The notes below the pieces were generated by a model. That model did not search any database. It was given only the letters and a program-made list of their open reading frames with translations, and was not told the DNA's origin. From a virus (Duplodnaviria > Caudoviricetes): DNA of 64,000 bases. Below, piece after piece: positions 1 through 11,543 of this stretch. Each line of letters starts with the position of its first letter. Within the stretch, counting starts at the first letter, position 1. The translations under genes were made by a program, and so were the position numbers. The stretch is from the IMG/VR virus record IMGVR_UViG_3300012953_000012, positions 128,001-192,000 of that record; one strand, given 5' to 3'.

Positions 1-28
1 AGGTCCAGCATCATCTGAGGGTCGCAAC

Positions 29-3000
29 GTGGGATTCAATCTAAACGGCTTTGTGCTTCGTCCAGCGCGTGTGGCGTCCGGCAACGATCCAGACACCAAC
101 GAGGCTGTCACAGGCGTAGACCGTGACCACATCCTTGCCAACGACCGCAGCACGCCTGTTGCCAATGAGACGACCCTGGAAAGCCTCGGCTACGACGCAC
201 GCCCCACAGGGGCAGCCGTCCTTGTGGAACCCTATGCCGACATGTACCGGGCAGCGGTGCTTGAACGGCCTCAAGACAAGCAATCCACCGAGCAGTACTG
301 CTTGTTCGCGGCGACCACAGGATCATTGAGCACCATCGAAGACACCGCGATGGCTATCGTAGGGGGCACCGCCACGGCTGACCCCATCGCAGGATCACTC
401 GACGTGGACGGTGGGGCCTACACAGACGGCACCTTGAACTTCTACATTCGGGACGGCGGTCAGCGAGACATCAGTGAGGTGGTCTCCATCACGATCCTCA
501 AAGGGCCGGTTGGTGGTGGCGCACTTCCGACACCCGTGGTGTGCGAGGGAACCACTGACGCATCGACCGGGAAGTTCACTCTCGACGCTGCTGCCGAAAC
601 CGCTCTGAGTGGTGGCTACTCCGAGGACCGGGGAGACAAGGTGGCTGCGACAGCCTATGTCCTCGCCAGTCCGTCCTTCTGGTGGTCCAGGAATGATGAC
701 GACCTGACCCGGTTCGGTTGGGACGGGAAGACCTCACGATGGTTGCCGTTGAAGGGTGGTGCAGCACAGTCCCTGGGCGCGGTGCTTCCTGATGAAGGCT
801 ACAAACTCGTCCCTCCCCCCACCCGGTTCCAGGTTGACGACACACTGCCCGGTGCGGCGACTGCCCCGGACGCCTACGCTCTGGTCCGCTGTGGCCTCTA
901 CGCGGACGCTGACAGTACGCCTCTGAGCATCCTGGTGGTGTCAGACACAGCCGCCCAGGACGGCACCTGGCAATCTGGAGGCTCCCCCGACTGGGATGGC
1001 TACAACGCCGTCGTGGGGGTCACCAACGGTGTGCTGCTCCTCAACCCCGCCTTTGCGGGTGCCCAGGCAGGACGCACACTCTGGTACAACGCCGAATCCT
1101 TCCAGTCGGATGCGGACGGTGATCTGGGGGTGGTGGCTGACCTCCCCACAGGATCAAACCAAGGCTTCCCGGCTCTCTCGCCTGTGCCCGGACCTACGGA
1201 CAGACCCTTCCTCCGCATCGGATCACGGCGCTACATGACGCCTATCCCTGTAGATCAGGACGAAGCAGACCCGGTTGCTGGGTTGACGGGCCTCCCCTCA
1301 CCCGGCTCCGTGCCCTCAGGTTCGTTTTACTGGAGCAAGGCCACCGGCAAGATTGTCCTCTCAGCCATCGACATCGCGAAGTGCATTCCCGGCTCCTCGG
1401 TGGGGGATGGGGACCCCGCCGATTACGAGATTCCGTTCCTGGGCGCACGGCTCTACTACGACGGAGTGGCCCTCAGCACACAGCCCCTTCCACTCAGGGA
1501 AGCCGTTCCGGCCCTCAATGCCGCAGGCAACTCGCTGGACGGGTCCGATCCTGTGGAGGACCACACGGTGCCCACGGACGGCGCGGTTTACGTCCCCCGC
1601 GCAGTCTGTATGCCCCCTCCTGGGGTGAGCGGTGTGCGGTGGGAGCCGGACGGCACCGGAGACACACCGGTCGTCCCTGGCCCCAGCGCCGTCGCGGTCA
1701 ACGAGGAGCCGCAGACCCGACCCAACGGAACGGGTCTGGTTCGCAGGATCACGGGCAGCGCGAGAAGGACCCTCTACGGGGATTCCTTCTTCTTCGCAGA
1801 GGAGTACGCCTACGAGAACACCGACGTCAAGGAGTACAACGACGACCTCAATGACTTCAAGTTCAAGGTGCGGAAGAACGAGGTTGAGATCTCCCGGATG
1901 GTCGCCCCCACGCAGCCTGCGGGGGGGTGGACGAACACCTCTCGCATCCAGTTGCGGCGCAGGAAGGTGAAGGGGCAGCCTCTCTACTTCCGTCAGGCTG
2001 AGGTGATCCCGTCCGTCCATGCCGATGAGGCCAGAATCTATTCCCGCCTCGCCGAGCCGTACTATGTCGCCGGTACAGAGACGCTGCGCTTCGTTATCGA
2101 CGGAGTAGTCCTCACCTGGCTGGGATCATCACTGAATGCGACCGGCACGGTTGCCGACTACACAGCGCAGGACGTGGCGGATTCCTTGAACGCCGTTCAG
2201 GCTGGCATCGCAAGCACCCTGCGTGGTCGCGTCTACCTTCGGGCTGCCAGCCTCACGACAGGAAGCGTGGAGATCGGCTGGAACACGGACCCCGGCGACG
2301 GGAGCACCGACTACAAGGACCTGTCGGGCCACGCTGCGCTGGGGTTTCTCCCCGGCTGGCGCGTGGACATGGCGGATCCCGACGACCGTTTCCGCTGGCT
2401 TCCCGACAATGGGGCCTACCTCGGGGTCTTCCGCAGCCCTGTGAACATGGACCGGACGGCATCTACGCCGGACATCCGGGCCGTGGGCAGGGTCGAAGAC
2501 ACTCCAATGATCACAAGCATCAACGCGAACCCGTTCGTTGCTGTGTCCCCACCCCCGCTTCTGGACGTACCTGGCTACACGGACGTCTCTCACTTTGAAG
2601 TCGTCGTGGGCCTCCTGACCATCCCGATGGAGAACTACCAGACAAGCCTGGAGGTGGGGGTCGTCTACGACTGGGTCAACGACCGCTTCATCTGGTGCGG
2701 AGAGGGGAAGACCAACGGCAAGCAGGTGCCGTACCCCACGTCCATGCTCCAACTCGACAACGTGAGTGTGTTCCCGCAGACCGTCAGCCCTCTCGCCATG
2801 GACGCTGGGACCTACGGGCTGAACCTTCGCCGGGCGACTGACGTAGCCGGGCGGACCTTGCCCGCCGACTTCCCCGTGCCGGAAGACCTCACGGGGTCAG
2901 ACACCACTATAGATTTCTTGATGCCTGGCGACGGCGGCCCCGGCCAGGCTCTGCTCGTGACCCCAGAGGGGGCCGAGGTTGCCTCTGGAGGCAAGGGCGA

Positions 3001-6000
3001 GACCGCAAGCGGAGTGGACGTCTTCCTCGACCCGAACGTCGCGGACCAGACTGACCTCTACAACGCAGTGGAGGTCGGCTACTTGCTCCACATCCTGAGC
3101 GGTGACAACGAGGGCATCTACACCATCACGCTCAAGGATGACACGACGGGGAACGCGATGTTCAGGGTGGTTCCACCCTTCCCGGCGACCGACACCAGCA
3201 CTCAATGGCGCATCTACGAAGCGAAGCCGCGCTCTGCTGTGGACATGACCCTGCTCGCGGACGTTCAGCAGGTCACCACGAGCCACTTCCCGGAGAACCC
3301 CTTCAAGGTCCGCACGTTGACTTCGGTGGGGCAGGTGGAGGTCACCCCGCTTGTGGCCAATGTCGCTGATGCCCTTGCTTCCGGTCGCACGGTGTCCGTG
3401 CGTCTGGGGCTTGCCCCCGTTGCCGCCAACGAACGAACGGTGGCCTACCTGAAACAAGGCTCCAACCTGGGGGCCATCGCGGCGTCCGGGCTGCTGTGCC
3501 CTGACCCCACTGACCCTCACCTGACGCTCTCGGGGCCGGACTCCTACTTCCAGATCCGCATCGGAGCGAAGGTCTACTCAACGGCAGCGGGGAACATGAC
3601 CCTGAATGTGGGGACGGCTAACGACGACGAAGTGGACGTGAACACCACCACAGGAGAAGTCCTGATTGGGGTCAACGTGGTCTCCGACCTGGCCGGAAGC
3701 ACGGTCTACTACGACCAGTTGTTCCTGGCCTCCACGGACGTACCCGCAGGCACTTGCGAGATCGCCCCGCTCGACGGAGCCGTGAACCTCAGCAACCAGG
3801 ACCTGTCGGATTTCGCTACGGGGACGGCCTACTTTGTCGAGCAGATGGTCACCGACAACGACCTTGACGCCAAGATCAACCCCCTGAACGGAAGCCTGCT
3901 GTTCATGCAGCCTCTCCGCGCCATGCAGATCGTTGAGGTCAACTACTTCCAGGCAGACACCAACGGAGACAAGAAACTCGATGACAGCGGGAACCCCATC
4001 GAGATCACCGAGTTCCTGCCGCTCATGGTGACCCTGGAGACCTGCGCCTACGTCAACGATACCGAGTGGACCTACAACCCCACAGGCCGCACGCTCTCCA
4101 CCACCGTGGAGCCGATGATGTGGGTGGGATCAAACCTGATGAACTACGCCGGGGTCAAAAACGCCACGGCGGCGGACGGTGTGCTCACCATCACGGCACA
4201 GGAGGCAGACCTCCTGGAGACTGATGCGGCCACGGTAGTCAGGATCAACTACGGCGTGCTTGAAGCCTTCGGCGGCGAGACCTCCTACACGGTGTCGAAA
4301 CCCCCTGTTTTCTGCAAGCCTTTCTGGATTGAGGCTGACTCCGACACCTTCACACTGGAGACAGACCGCACAGACGACTTCCAGCCGGGCCTCCTGATGC
4401 TCCTGGGGCCGGTGCCCCTTTACATCAACACCAGCGCCTACAACGCCACCACAGACACCACCACAGTCACCGTCTTCCCCACCCCTGAAAACGAGGTCGG
4501 CAGCCGCTCCCCTGGAGGAGATGCGTCGTTGACCCTCTCGGACTTCGTGGTGAGCACCTCTCGGGGAGGCGACACCGGCTTCATGCCTCTGCTGGACACA
4601 GACCCCACTACAGGCACCCCGCTGCTGGAGAGCGACAAAGGGCAGACCACCGTGTCCTTCTACGGCGACTGTCGCTACTACATGAAGACGGACCACCTGC
4701 TGGAGATCGGCGGCTACCCCTACCTCATCGTCAACTCCGAGATGTCGGACGACGGCTACTACACCAACGTGTTGCTGGCCTCCCCGCTCTACAAGCAGCA
4801 CGACAACTCCGAAGAAATCCGAGTGTCCGTCCGGCGCGTCTACCTCGGGCCGCCGGTTGACTTCACCGGGATCAGTCCCTTCTTGTCCACGGAGGAGTAC
4901 GACCTGTTCCTCATGGGAAGCCTCGACAGTGCTGGGAGCCTTCTGCCGGGCAAGGTGCTCGTCGAGGGCCTCGACTACACGGTTGAGCCCAACACGGGCG
5001 ACGTGACCTTCCAGGCACCTTCGCAGGGCGCTCTCCAACCGGGTGAGTACCTGCACTTCCGCTACACACGGCTCATCTCCGTGGGTCCGGGCGTCGTGGA
5101 AGGAGCCGTTGTCTACCCGGTCTACCGGGCGAAGTACCTCTACATGACCACACCCTCGGTCGAGAACCGGCTCCTGGGGGCGGTGTTGAAGGGTCAGTAC
5201 ACCTACCGCAGCCAGGACTCATTCTTCTTCGCGGTGCAGGCATTGGAGGAGTACCTCGGCGAGGTGTCCGTCATCTCGGCCTCGCAGGGTGTGATCCCAT
5301 TCTCCGGCGGGCCGACCTTCTTCAATGACCCCGGCAGTGACCCCAACAAACAGGGCTCTTTGGGGCTGCGCGGCGGAACGGTGGACGCCCAGGACCAGGA
5401 TCGGGCAGCACGGGTCTTCATCGAGTTTTTCAACGGAGTGATCCTGGCCTTTGAGCAGGTCCTTGAGGCCATCGACGGCAGGATCATCGGTGACCGGGAC
5501 GGCAAGTTTCGCTTCTTCATCGGGCACGACAAGCGGTACGCACCCCCCGGCTACGAGGACGCCATCACCGGCAACCTCAACCAACGGGAGTTGTGGCGCA
5601 CCATCATCGACGCCTGGGCACCCTCGGCGTTTGCGGCGGACGACGGCTACTACCGCACGAAGGACTACCTCTACTTGCCGACCACAGCGACAGTCGCAGA
5701 ACCCACGACTCGTCCAGGTGAGACCAGCGGGATCACGATGGACCCGGTTGGATTCTCCGTCTTCACGGAACGTCAGCGCAGGCTGATCAAGAACGACATG
5801 GACGACCGCATCCTGAAAGGGATGGGCCGCCCGAAGGTCGAGTTCATCGTCCCCCTCATGTTCCCGCTCGTGCGGTTCAAGGGCAACTTCGATGACATGT
5901 GGGAGGATCACCGATTCTCGCGGCTGTTCCCGACAGAGACTGAGCACTTCTCACGGCTGTTCCCTGGAGTCAACTACGACCCGGACGCCGGATATGCAGG

Positions 6001-9000
6001 CTTCTTCACCCCCGGACGGGACATCGAGATGCCCGGACCAGAGCCGGGCGAGACCAGTGTCCAGACGGTGCGGACCTTCGGCCAGCCGAACGGAAGCATC
6101 GCGAACCCGGCTCTCGGGGAGATCCCCAACATCATCGACGTGAGTGTCAAGGACAGGCTTCCACGGGGCCGTGTCTGGGCCTACTACCCCAACGGCTTCT
6201 CCGGTATGGGGTTGACCACCACCAGTGCTTGCTTCGTCCTCACCGTCGTGACGATGGACCAGTTCCCCATCGACCCCGCAACAGGGTTCCCTGACTACGC
6301 CAAGTTGATCGACGGGGCGTCCGGCGATGTCTACTCCATCGTGTCAGGCAATCCTGATCTGGCCACGCCTGCCTTTGAGGTTGGTCAGCGGGTCAACTAC
6401 GGCAAGCCGGACGGGACGGTCTACTCACTGAGCGACGTGGACGGAAACGGTATCTTCATCAAGGAGGTGCTCGCAGGGTGTGTGATCACACTGGCGACCA
6501 GCGACGGGTTGCCCAGCCCCACGTTCACTTCGGTGACTGGCGGCAGCATCTACACCGACAAGGACACCCTGACCCGACTCGGGGATGTGATCTCACCCGA
6601 CGATGGCTACTCCGACACGGTGTTCGTAGGCAACGGCGTGGGCGTGGAAATCGCAGATGAGGAGAACCCTACGACCGACGAGTTGGCCCTGCTTGCGTTG
6701 TCGATGCCCGAGTACAGGCAGTTTTTCGACATCTCCATGAGGCGCAAGTCCGGGGACCTCATCGACATCACGTTCCCCGGACCCGATGACAACTTCTTCC
6801 TGAACCTCCAGGCCCTGTTTGGACAGAACGCGCCTGACCCGCTCACCTGTGTCGAGGGGTCGGTCAGGTTCATCAACACGGAGTCGGAGCCGCTTCAACT
6901 GCCTTGCCTGCTGGGCGAGGACAAGGACGACTCGGGTGACCAGCAGATCCCGTTCCTGAGGGGCACCCCGAACGAGGTCAGTGTGCTGCGGGAGATTGCC
7001 CCGCTCCTGGAACGGCTCTACGCGGACACTCCCATCCCCCTTCCTTACGCCCCCGCCTACTACAACGACGCCCTCGGGCTGGGCACCGTGGCTGCTGTTG
7101 AGCAGCAGAACTTCAGGGCTGTGTACCCAGACGAGGTCTACATCGGTGATGGCGCGGTCTACGAAGAGGCGACGTACATCGGCTACCCACAGAACCCGGC
7201 CACGCTCTACACAGCCAACCGGTTGGACGAGGCTGCTGAGGAAGGAGCACCAGCGGCAGGGAAGGGCCTCGGTGATCTCAGGCGCTTTGATCTGCTGTTT
7301 TCTCAGGTCAACCAGGCTGTCATTGACCCCAACTGGAAGGGCATGACAGGAATCCTCGATGTAGGGGATGTGGTCTACGATGCTTCCGGGTCAAACACTC
7401 GGGCATCCGTCGAGATCCCACGCTTCGTGTCCCCCTGCGAAAAGGGGCTGGCCCACAACTACACGCTGTTGGGCTGGGCGGCCTACATCTCCGAGAAGGA
7501 CATCAACCCCGGTGAAGGTTTTGAGGTCTCGGCGGCTGTCAACCCGGCACCGAACATCTTCACCTCGGAACTTCTGTTCAACAGCGTCACGGACATGCCG
7601 GACCTGAGCCTGCTTGACCCCCTGATGAACGGCATTCCACTGCCTCTGGTGAACAACAACGCCTTCGTGATCCGCATCTACGACCCGGACCCGGCAGCAA
7701 CCGAAGCCTTCATCGGAGCCATCACCTTGATCACAGGGGCCGGGCCTACGATCAGGTCCTACTTCTACAACCATGCAACCGCCACAGTCACTGCACCTCA
7801 GGTGGTCGTGTCCCCCGTCTATGGCCCTACTGGAATCGAGATCCAGTACGACATGACCACCACCGCGACCCCAACCGACCCTCTGGAGACCGTCCTGGGG
7901 CTGGTTCCGGGTCAACGCTACGACTTCCGGTTGGACATCGACACCTACGGCTCCCTCTCCACCGCCAATGTTTCCTCGGTGGTGTTTGTTGGTGCTCTCT
8001 ACGGTTCCGACTCCTGTGCGGTGCTCCGCGACCGGCTGACCTTCACGGAGCAGTTGGACTTCACGATGGCGAAGCCTCGGGATTACACCACCGCCGCAGC
8101 CGCTCCAGCCGTAGCCTACGAGGTCGGCGCACAGTTGAATGTGGCCGAGTTCCGGGCCAACGGGGTCAGCGGGTTGACAGTCAACGGCATGGGCGAGATC
8201 AACGGAGGTAGCCCGCTCACGTTCCTCGACCGCTACAACACGACGCCAGCATTTTACGTCGGCACCTTTGATGGCACGGATGGACGGCTCCGAGCCATGT
8301 CCTGGGAAGGGCACGGCAACCAGCCAATCCCGGCTGAGGTCACAGGGGTCCGGCTCTCCTCTGCACCGTCCTCGGACGGGGACCAGACCGGGGTGATCCT
8401 GGAAGGCACCTTCCGGTTTTGGGATGGGGACTCCAGCCTCACGCCTACGACTACGGGGGTCGGCTCCTACGTCCGGGAGGGGAACCGCAACTACCTCACC
8501 ACCGTGAGCGAGGACTCTGGGGTGACCACGAATGTCCTCGCTGGGGACATCTGTGTGGTGACCCAGAACCCCTCTGAGAACGGGGCGGTCAAGACGGGAT
8601 CATACCTCGTGCGGCACGCTGTTCCGCTCGGCACAGACATCTGTGAGGCCGCCAGCAGCAACTTCGGTGACGCTCGACTTCTTGCTGCGAGACAGGGGCC
8701 GCTCGTCACTGATCCGGTGCCTGCGGTTCAAGCACCATCCAACCAACCCCGCGTAGACATTGGCACTGGTGTGGCCTCCGTCCCTCGTGCGGGCCAGGGA
8801 TGCCTGGACTTGGCTTTCCCCACGGTCCAGACGATCACCGACATCCTTCAACGGAAGATCACCCTCACCAACGTGGTTCCGGTCATCGGGGCAGCGACCG
8901 GATGCGGCTGGGCTGACCCGGCAACGGTCGGGTCCTACCGGCTCTACCTGATCCTCAAGGACCAGTACGCCACCTACAGCGACGACGCAGACGGTGGAGG

Positions 9001-11503
9001 TAATCCAGGCTGGGTGATAGATTCTGATGCCGTGTGGTCGGTCGAAGTGAGCAGCATCGACGTTGCCTACGACTCGGAAGAGAAGACCATCACCTTTGTG
9101 GCTTCCGCTGGGACCGTGCGGAGAGCCGATACCACCAGCCGCACCTGGTCCCAGTTAGTTGCGGCAGCAACGCCCGGCACCCGTGTCTCAGGGATGACCA
9201 CATTCGCCCTGAAGCAGATGGGGTCACACCTCCCCGCAAACAACCTGGTCGGCGGTGATTTCCTCGATGACGGAGGCATCGCCCAACCACTGCTGGGCGG
9301 GTTCCGCCGGATGTACATCGGCAACCGCAACGGGAACATGATCCAGCCCTACTTCGATGCTGGGTACGGGGATTCGCTCAAGGCGTTGTGGACGACGGGG
9401 GTCAACATGAGCCACGCGCTGGGGGCGGGAACCCCCGTCGCAGGTGATGTGGTGACGAACCTCCCCCGACCAGCCGACAACACAGACTTCTATGAGGACC
9501 CCAACACGCCGGTCTACGGTCGGATCTATGACTTCACCGGAGCCGCGATGGACCCCGTCGCAGGAGTGGTGCCCTCCCTGACGCTCTACGAGTGGCCAAA
9601 GGCCGTCTGGCAACTGCTCCACTTCGGCTCGCTTCCGGCGGGGCTCGACATCTACAGCGACACGGGGGTGGTGCTTACTGGGTCTCAGGTCCTGGACTGC
9701 CTGCTGCCCCAGGACCGCTTCACTTTCGGGAATGACATCGATCCGTCCGTGGCTGATCCCGGCTACTACGCCCTCTCAGGGGTGTTCATCGAGCCGTCGT
9801 TCCCACGCCCGGTGACCAACATCAACTCGACGGAGGCTAAGGTCACCTCAGCCTCCTACAACGGCTTGACTGTGGGCCAGATCGGAGCACGGGACTACAC
9901 GGACTTTGGTGGTGCGACCGAATACGAGCCTGTCCTCGCAGCCGTCCGACGAATCCGGCGGTTCCACGAGATCCAGGTAGACATCATCAACCTCATCGAA
10001 CCCTTGCGCTACGTCTACGAGATCCGGCGCGGGCTCGTGAACACCTACGACCAGGCAGCCCGCAGCCTGGAGGCACAGACCGGGTTGCTGATCACAGCCA
10101 CGAACCTCGGCTCGTTCGATGAACGGGACGTGAACATCAACCCCGGTGATGTGGTTCGCATCCTCAATGACGACGGTGATCTGGTGGACACCGCAGAAAT
10201 CCAGCGGGTCGATAGCGCCGACACCTTGATCCTACGGCGGCCTGGTCTGACAAACGCCGCGTTCCTGGCCGCCCCCGGAGACTTCAGTTTCGAGGTCTAC
10301 CTGGAGCAAGCCATCGTCCCCCACGAGCAAAGCAACGAGCAGTTGCTTGACCTGCTGACTCAGGAGGTCGTGTACACCCGGCGCGTGGACTACATCGACC
10401 CCACACCGGGCGCTGAGGACGGTGGTGAGGTCACGGTCGTCAACGAGATGAAGGACACCGGGGTCACCGACTGGGAGGCCGAGGGTGTCCAGGCAGGTGA
10501 CTACATCGTCATCGACCCTGCGGGTGATCTCTACAAGGACCAGGAGTCAGGCCAACGCCCCTCGGGGGACATGTCCGTCGAGAGCCGTCCTGCTCCGGGT
10601 CCGTACCTCCCCGGTGGCCCGGCGCGACTGGACGACAACCGAGGCTTCTACAAGGTCGATGAGGTCGGGCAGAACTCCGCAGGTGAGGCTCGCGACACGC
10701 TTATGGTCAGCGGTGTCTCTCGGTTCACAGACGGAGAGGTATTCGGGGATGGCGGCTTCGATGCAGAGTACGTCGTCATGCCGACCATCCACGGCTCCTG
10801 GCTCACGGGATCAGGCGACGGTCCCGAGGGTCAGCAGGACCTTCGGGTCACGGCTGGTCCGGTGGGGGACTCCTACACTGACCGACCCACGGACGACATC
10901 CCAGGAAACGATGGCTACAAGAGCATCACGCCCTTCGCCTACAGGATCATCCGACCGAACACCATCTTCTCGCAGGACACTGTGGAGTTGATCCTGTTCA
11001 CACGGGAACGGATGCTCTCCTGGATTGACGAGATCAACTCGCTCTGGAACAAGAGCGGCACCTACTACATCTTCCAGAAGGACGACCAGATCGAGGATGT
11101 CGGCTCGGACACGGATGCTGCTGCTGGCGCGGGCCTCCTGTCGAACCTGGTGGTGGACAGCCTCAAGGGCCTGACTGACGACACCCCCTTCGCCAACATG
11201 TCCGACTGCCTCTCAGTATTGGACCGGCGCTTCTGGATTCTCGACACCATGCTCGACAACGACGGCTACACCCAGTTCGCCACAGGAGGGTACTCCCAAC
11301 GGCCCGTGGAGCCCGACCTCATTGACGGAGCATTGAACACGGGCGACCTGTTCCGTGACCAACGGTACGGATGGATCACCTTCCGTGCGAACCGTGAGGA
11401 CGGCTCTATCCGCACTGCCACCCGTGAGGAGAACACACTGACGAAGCGATTGAAGAAACAACGCCAAGCCCTCATGCGACAGAAGGGTTTGGACAAGGCG
11501 TAG
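29..11503 (+). CDS. Giant putative virion structural protein (tail/baseplate-associated), 3824 aa
   Basis: 11.5-kb uninterrupted ORF with GTG start after GAGG. Acidic, Gly/Thr/Val/Pro-rich, beta-strand-like patterning (e.g. GLDYTVEPNTGDVTF). Heads a co-directional + strand cluster. Function inferred. Confidence 0.6.
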   Translation: MGFNLNGFVLRPARVASGNDPDTNEAVTGVDRDHILANDRSTPVANETTLESLGYDARPTGAAVLVEPYADMYRAAVLERPQDKQSTEQYCLFAATTGSLSTIEDTAMAIVGGTATADPIAGSLDVDGGAYTDGTLNFYIRDGGQRDISEVVSITILKGPVGGGALPTPVVCEGTTDASTGKFTLDAAAETALSGGYSEDRGDKVAATAYVLASPSFWWSRNDDDLTRFGWDGKTSRWLPLKGGAAQSLGAVLPDEGYKLVPPPTRFQVDDTLPGAATAPDAYALVRCGLYADADSTPLSILVVSDTAAQDGTWQSGGSPDWDGYNAVVGVTNGVLLLNPAFAGAQAGRTLWYNAESFQSDADGDLGVVADLPTGSNQGFPALSPVPGPTDRPFLRIGSRRYMTPIPVDQDEADPVAGLTGLPSPGSVPSGSFYWSKATGKIVLSAIDIAKCIPGSSVGDGDPADYEIPFLGARLYYDGVALSTQPLPLREAVPALNAAGNSLDGSDPVEDHTVPTDGAVYVPRAVCMPPPGVSGVRWEPDGTGDTPVVPGPSAVAVNEEPQTRPNGTGLVRRITGSARRTLYGDSFFFAEEYAYENTDVKEYNDDLNDFKFKVRKNEVEISRMVAPTQPAGGWTNTSRIQLRRRKVKGQPLYFRQAEVIPSVHADEARIYSRLAEPYYVAGTETLRFVIDGVVLTWLGSSLNATGTVADYTAQDVADSLNAVQAGIASTLRGRVYLRAASLTTGSVEIGWNTDPGDGSTDYKDLSGHAALGFLPGWRVDMADPDDRFRWLPDNGAYLGVFRSPVNMDRTASTPDIRAVGRVEDTPMITSINANPFVAVSPPPLLDVPGYTDVSHFEVVVGLLTIPMENYQTSLEVGVVYDWVNDRFIWCGEGKTNGKQVPYPTSMLQLDNVSVFPQTVSPLAMDAGTYGLNLRRATDVAGRTLPADFPVPEDLTGSDTTIDFLMPGDGGPGQALLVTPEGAEVASGGKGETASGVDVFLDPNVADQTDLYNAVEVGYLLHILSGDNEGIYTITLKDDTTGNAMFRVVPPFPATDTSTQWRIYEAKPRSAVDMTLLADVQQVTTSHFPENPFKVRTLTSVGQVEVTPLVANVADALASGRTVSVRLGLAPVAANERTVAYLKQGSNLGAIAASGLLCPDPTDPHLTLSGPDSYFQIRIGAKVYSTAAGNMTLNVGTANDDEVDVNTTTGEVLIGVNVVSDLAGSTVYYDQLFLASTDVPAGTCEIAPLDGAVNLSNQDLSDFATGTAYFVEQMVTDNDLDAKINPLNGSLLFMQPLRAMQIVEVNYFQADTNGDKKLDDSGNPIEITEFLPLMVTLETCAYVNDTEWTYNPTGRTLSTTVEPMMWVGSNLMNYAGVKNATAADGVLTITAQEADLLETDAATVVRINYGVLEAFGGETSYTVSKPPVFCKPFWIEADSDTFTLETDRTDDFQPGLLMLLGPVPLYINTSAYNATTDTTTVTVFPTPENEVGSRSPGGDASLTLSDFVVSTSRGGDTGFMPLLDTDPTTGTPLLESDKGQTTVSFYGDCRYYMKTDHLLEIGGYPYLIVNSEMSDDGYYTNVLLASPLYKQHDNSEEIRVSVRRVYLGPPVDFTGISPFLSTEEYDLFLMGSLDSAGSLLPGKVLVEGLDYTVEPNTGDVTFQAPSQGALQPGEYLHFRYTRLISVGPGVVEGAVVYPVYRAKYLYMTTPSVENRLLGAVLKGQYTYRSQDSFFFAVQALEEYLGEVSVISASQGVIPFSGGPTFFNDPGSDPNKQGSLGLRGGTVDAQDQDRAARVFIEFFNGVILAFEQVLEAIDGRIIGDRDGKFRFFIGHDKRYAPPGYEDAITGNLNQRELWRTIIDAWAPSAFAADDGYYRTKDYLYLPTTATVAEPTTRPGETSGITMDPVGFSVFTERQRRLIKNDMDDRILKGMGRPKVEFIVPLMFPLVRFKGNFDDMWEDHRFSRLFPTETEHFSRLFPGVNYDPDAGYAGFFTPGRDIEMPGPEPGETSVQTVRTFGQPNGSIANPALGEIPNIIDVSVKDRLPRGRVWAYYPNGFSGMGLTTTSACFVLTVVTMDQFPIDPATGFPDYAKLIDGASGDVYSIVSGNPDLATPAFEVGQRVNYGKPDGTVYSLSDVDGNGIFIKEVLAGCVITLATSDGLPSPTFTSVTGGSIYTDKDTLTRLGDVISPDDGYSDTVFVGNGVGVEIADEENPTTDELALLALSMPEYRQFFDISMRRKSGDLIDITFPGPDDNFFLNLQALFGQNAPDPLTCVEGSVRFINTESEPLQLPCLLGEDKDDSGDQQIPFLRGTPNEVSVLREIAPLLERLYADTPIPLPYAPAYYNDALGLGTVAAVEQQNFRAVYPDEVYIGDGAVYEEATYIGYPQNPATLYTANRLDEAAEEGAPAAGKGLGDLRRFDLLFSQVNQAVIDPNWKGMTGILDVGDVVYDASGSNTRASVEIPRFVSPCEKGLAHNYTLLGWAAYISEKDINPGEGFEVSAAVNPAPNIFTSELLFNSVTDMPDLSLLDPLMNGIPLPLVNNNAFVIRIYDPDPAATEAFIGAITLITGAGPTIRSYFYNHATATVTAPQVVVSPVYGPTGIEIQYDMTTTATPTDPLETVLGLVPGQRYDFRLDIDTYGSLSTANVSSVVFVGALYGSDSCAVLRDRLTFTEQLDFTMAKPRDYTTAAAAPAVAYEVGAQLNVAEFRANGVSGLTVNGMGEINGGSPLTFLDRYNTTPAFYVGTFDGTDGRLRAMSWEGHGNQPIPAEVTGVRLSSAPSSDGDQTGVILEGTFRFWDGDSSLTPTTTGVGSYVREGNRNYLTTVSEDSGVTTNVLAGDICVVTQNPSENGAVKTGSYLVRHAVPLGTDICEAASSNFGDARLLAARQGPLVTDPVPAVQAPSNQPRVDIGTGVASVPRAGQGCLDLAFPTVQTITDILQRKITLTNVVPVIGAATGCGWADPATVGSYRLYLILKDQYATYSDDADGGGNPGWVIDSDAVWSVEVSSIDVAYDSEEKTITFVASAGTVRRADTTSRTWSQLVAAATPGTRVSGMTTFALKQMGSHLPANNLVGGDFLDDGGIAQPLLGGFRRMYIGNRNGNMIQPYFDAGYGDSLKALWTTGVNMSHALGAGTPVAGDVVTNLPRPADNTDFYEDPNTPVYGRIYDFTGAAMDPVAGVVPSLTLYEWPKAVWQLLHFGSLPAGLDIYSDTGVVLTGSQVLDCLLPQDRFTFGNDIDPSVADPGYYALSGVFIEPSFPRPVTNINSTEAKVTSASYNGLTVGQIGARDYTDFGGATEYEPVLAAVRRIRRFHEIQVDIINLIEPLRYVYEIRRGLVNTYDQAARSLEAQTGLLITATNLGSFDERDVNINPGDVVRILNDDGDLVDTAEIQRVDSADTLILRRPGLTNAAFLAAPGDFSFEVYLEQAIVPHEQSNEQLLDLLTQEVVYTRRVDYIDPTPGAEDGGEVTVVNEMKDTGVTDWEAEGVQAGDYIVIDPAGDLYKDQESGQRPSGDMSVESRPAPGPYLPGGPARLDDNRGFYKVDEVGQNSAGEARDTLMVSGVSRFTDGEVFGDGGFDAEYVVMPTIHGSWLTGSGDGPEGQQDLRVTAGPVGDSYTDRPTDDIPGNDGYKSITPFAYRIIRPNTIFSQDTVELILFTRERMLSWIDEINSLWNKSGTYYIFQKDDQIEDVGSDTDAAAGAGLLSNLVVDSLKGLTDDTPFANMSDCLSVLDRRFWILDTMLDNDGYTQFATGGYSQRPVEPDLIDGALNTGDLFRDQRYGWITFRANREDGSIRTATREENTLTKRLKKQRQALMRQKGLDKA

Positions 11504-11543
11504 CCGGTAGTGTGGCTCTACGCCTTGTCCAAAGGGAGACCCC

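Noticed and set aside
29-11503. Giant protein as a virion RNA polymerase (contains SDADGD; size similar to N4 vRNAP)
   Set aside because: The DADGD lacks the NADFDGD or polymerase context, and the composition is beta-rich/structural rather than helical; no other polymerase motifs were seen.
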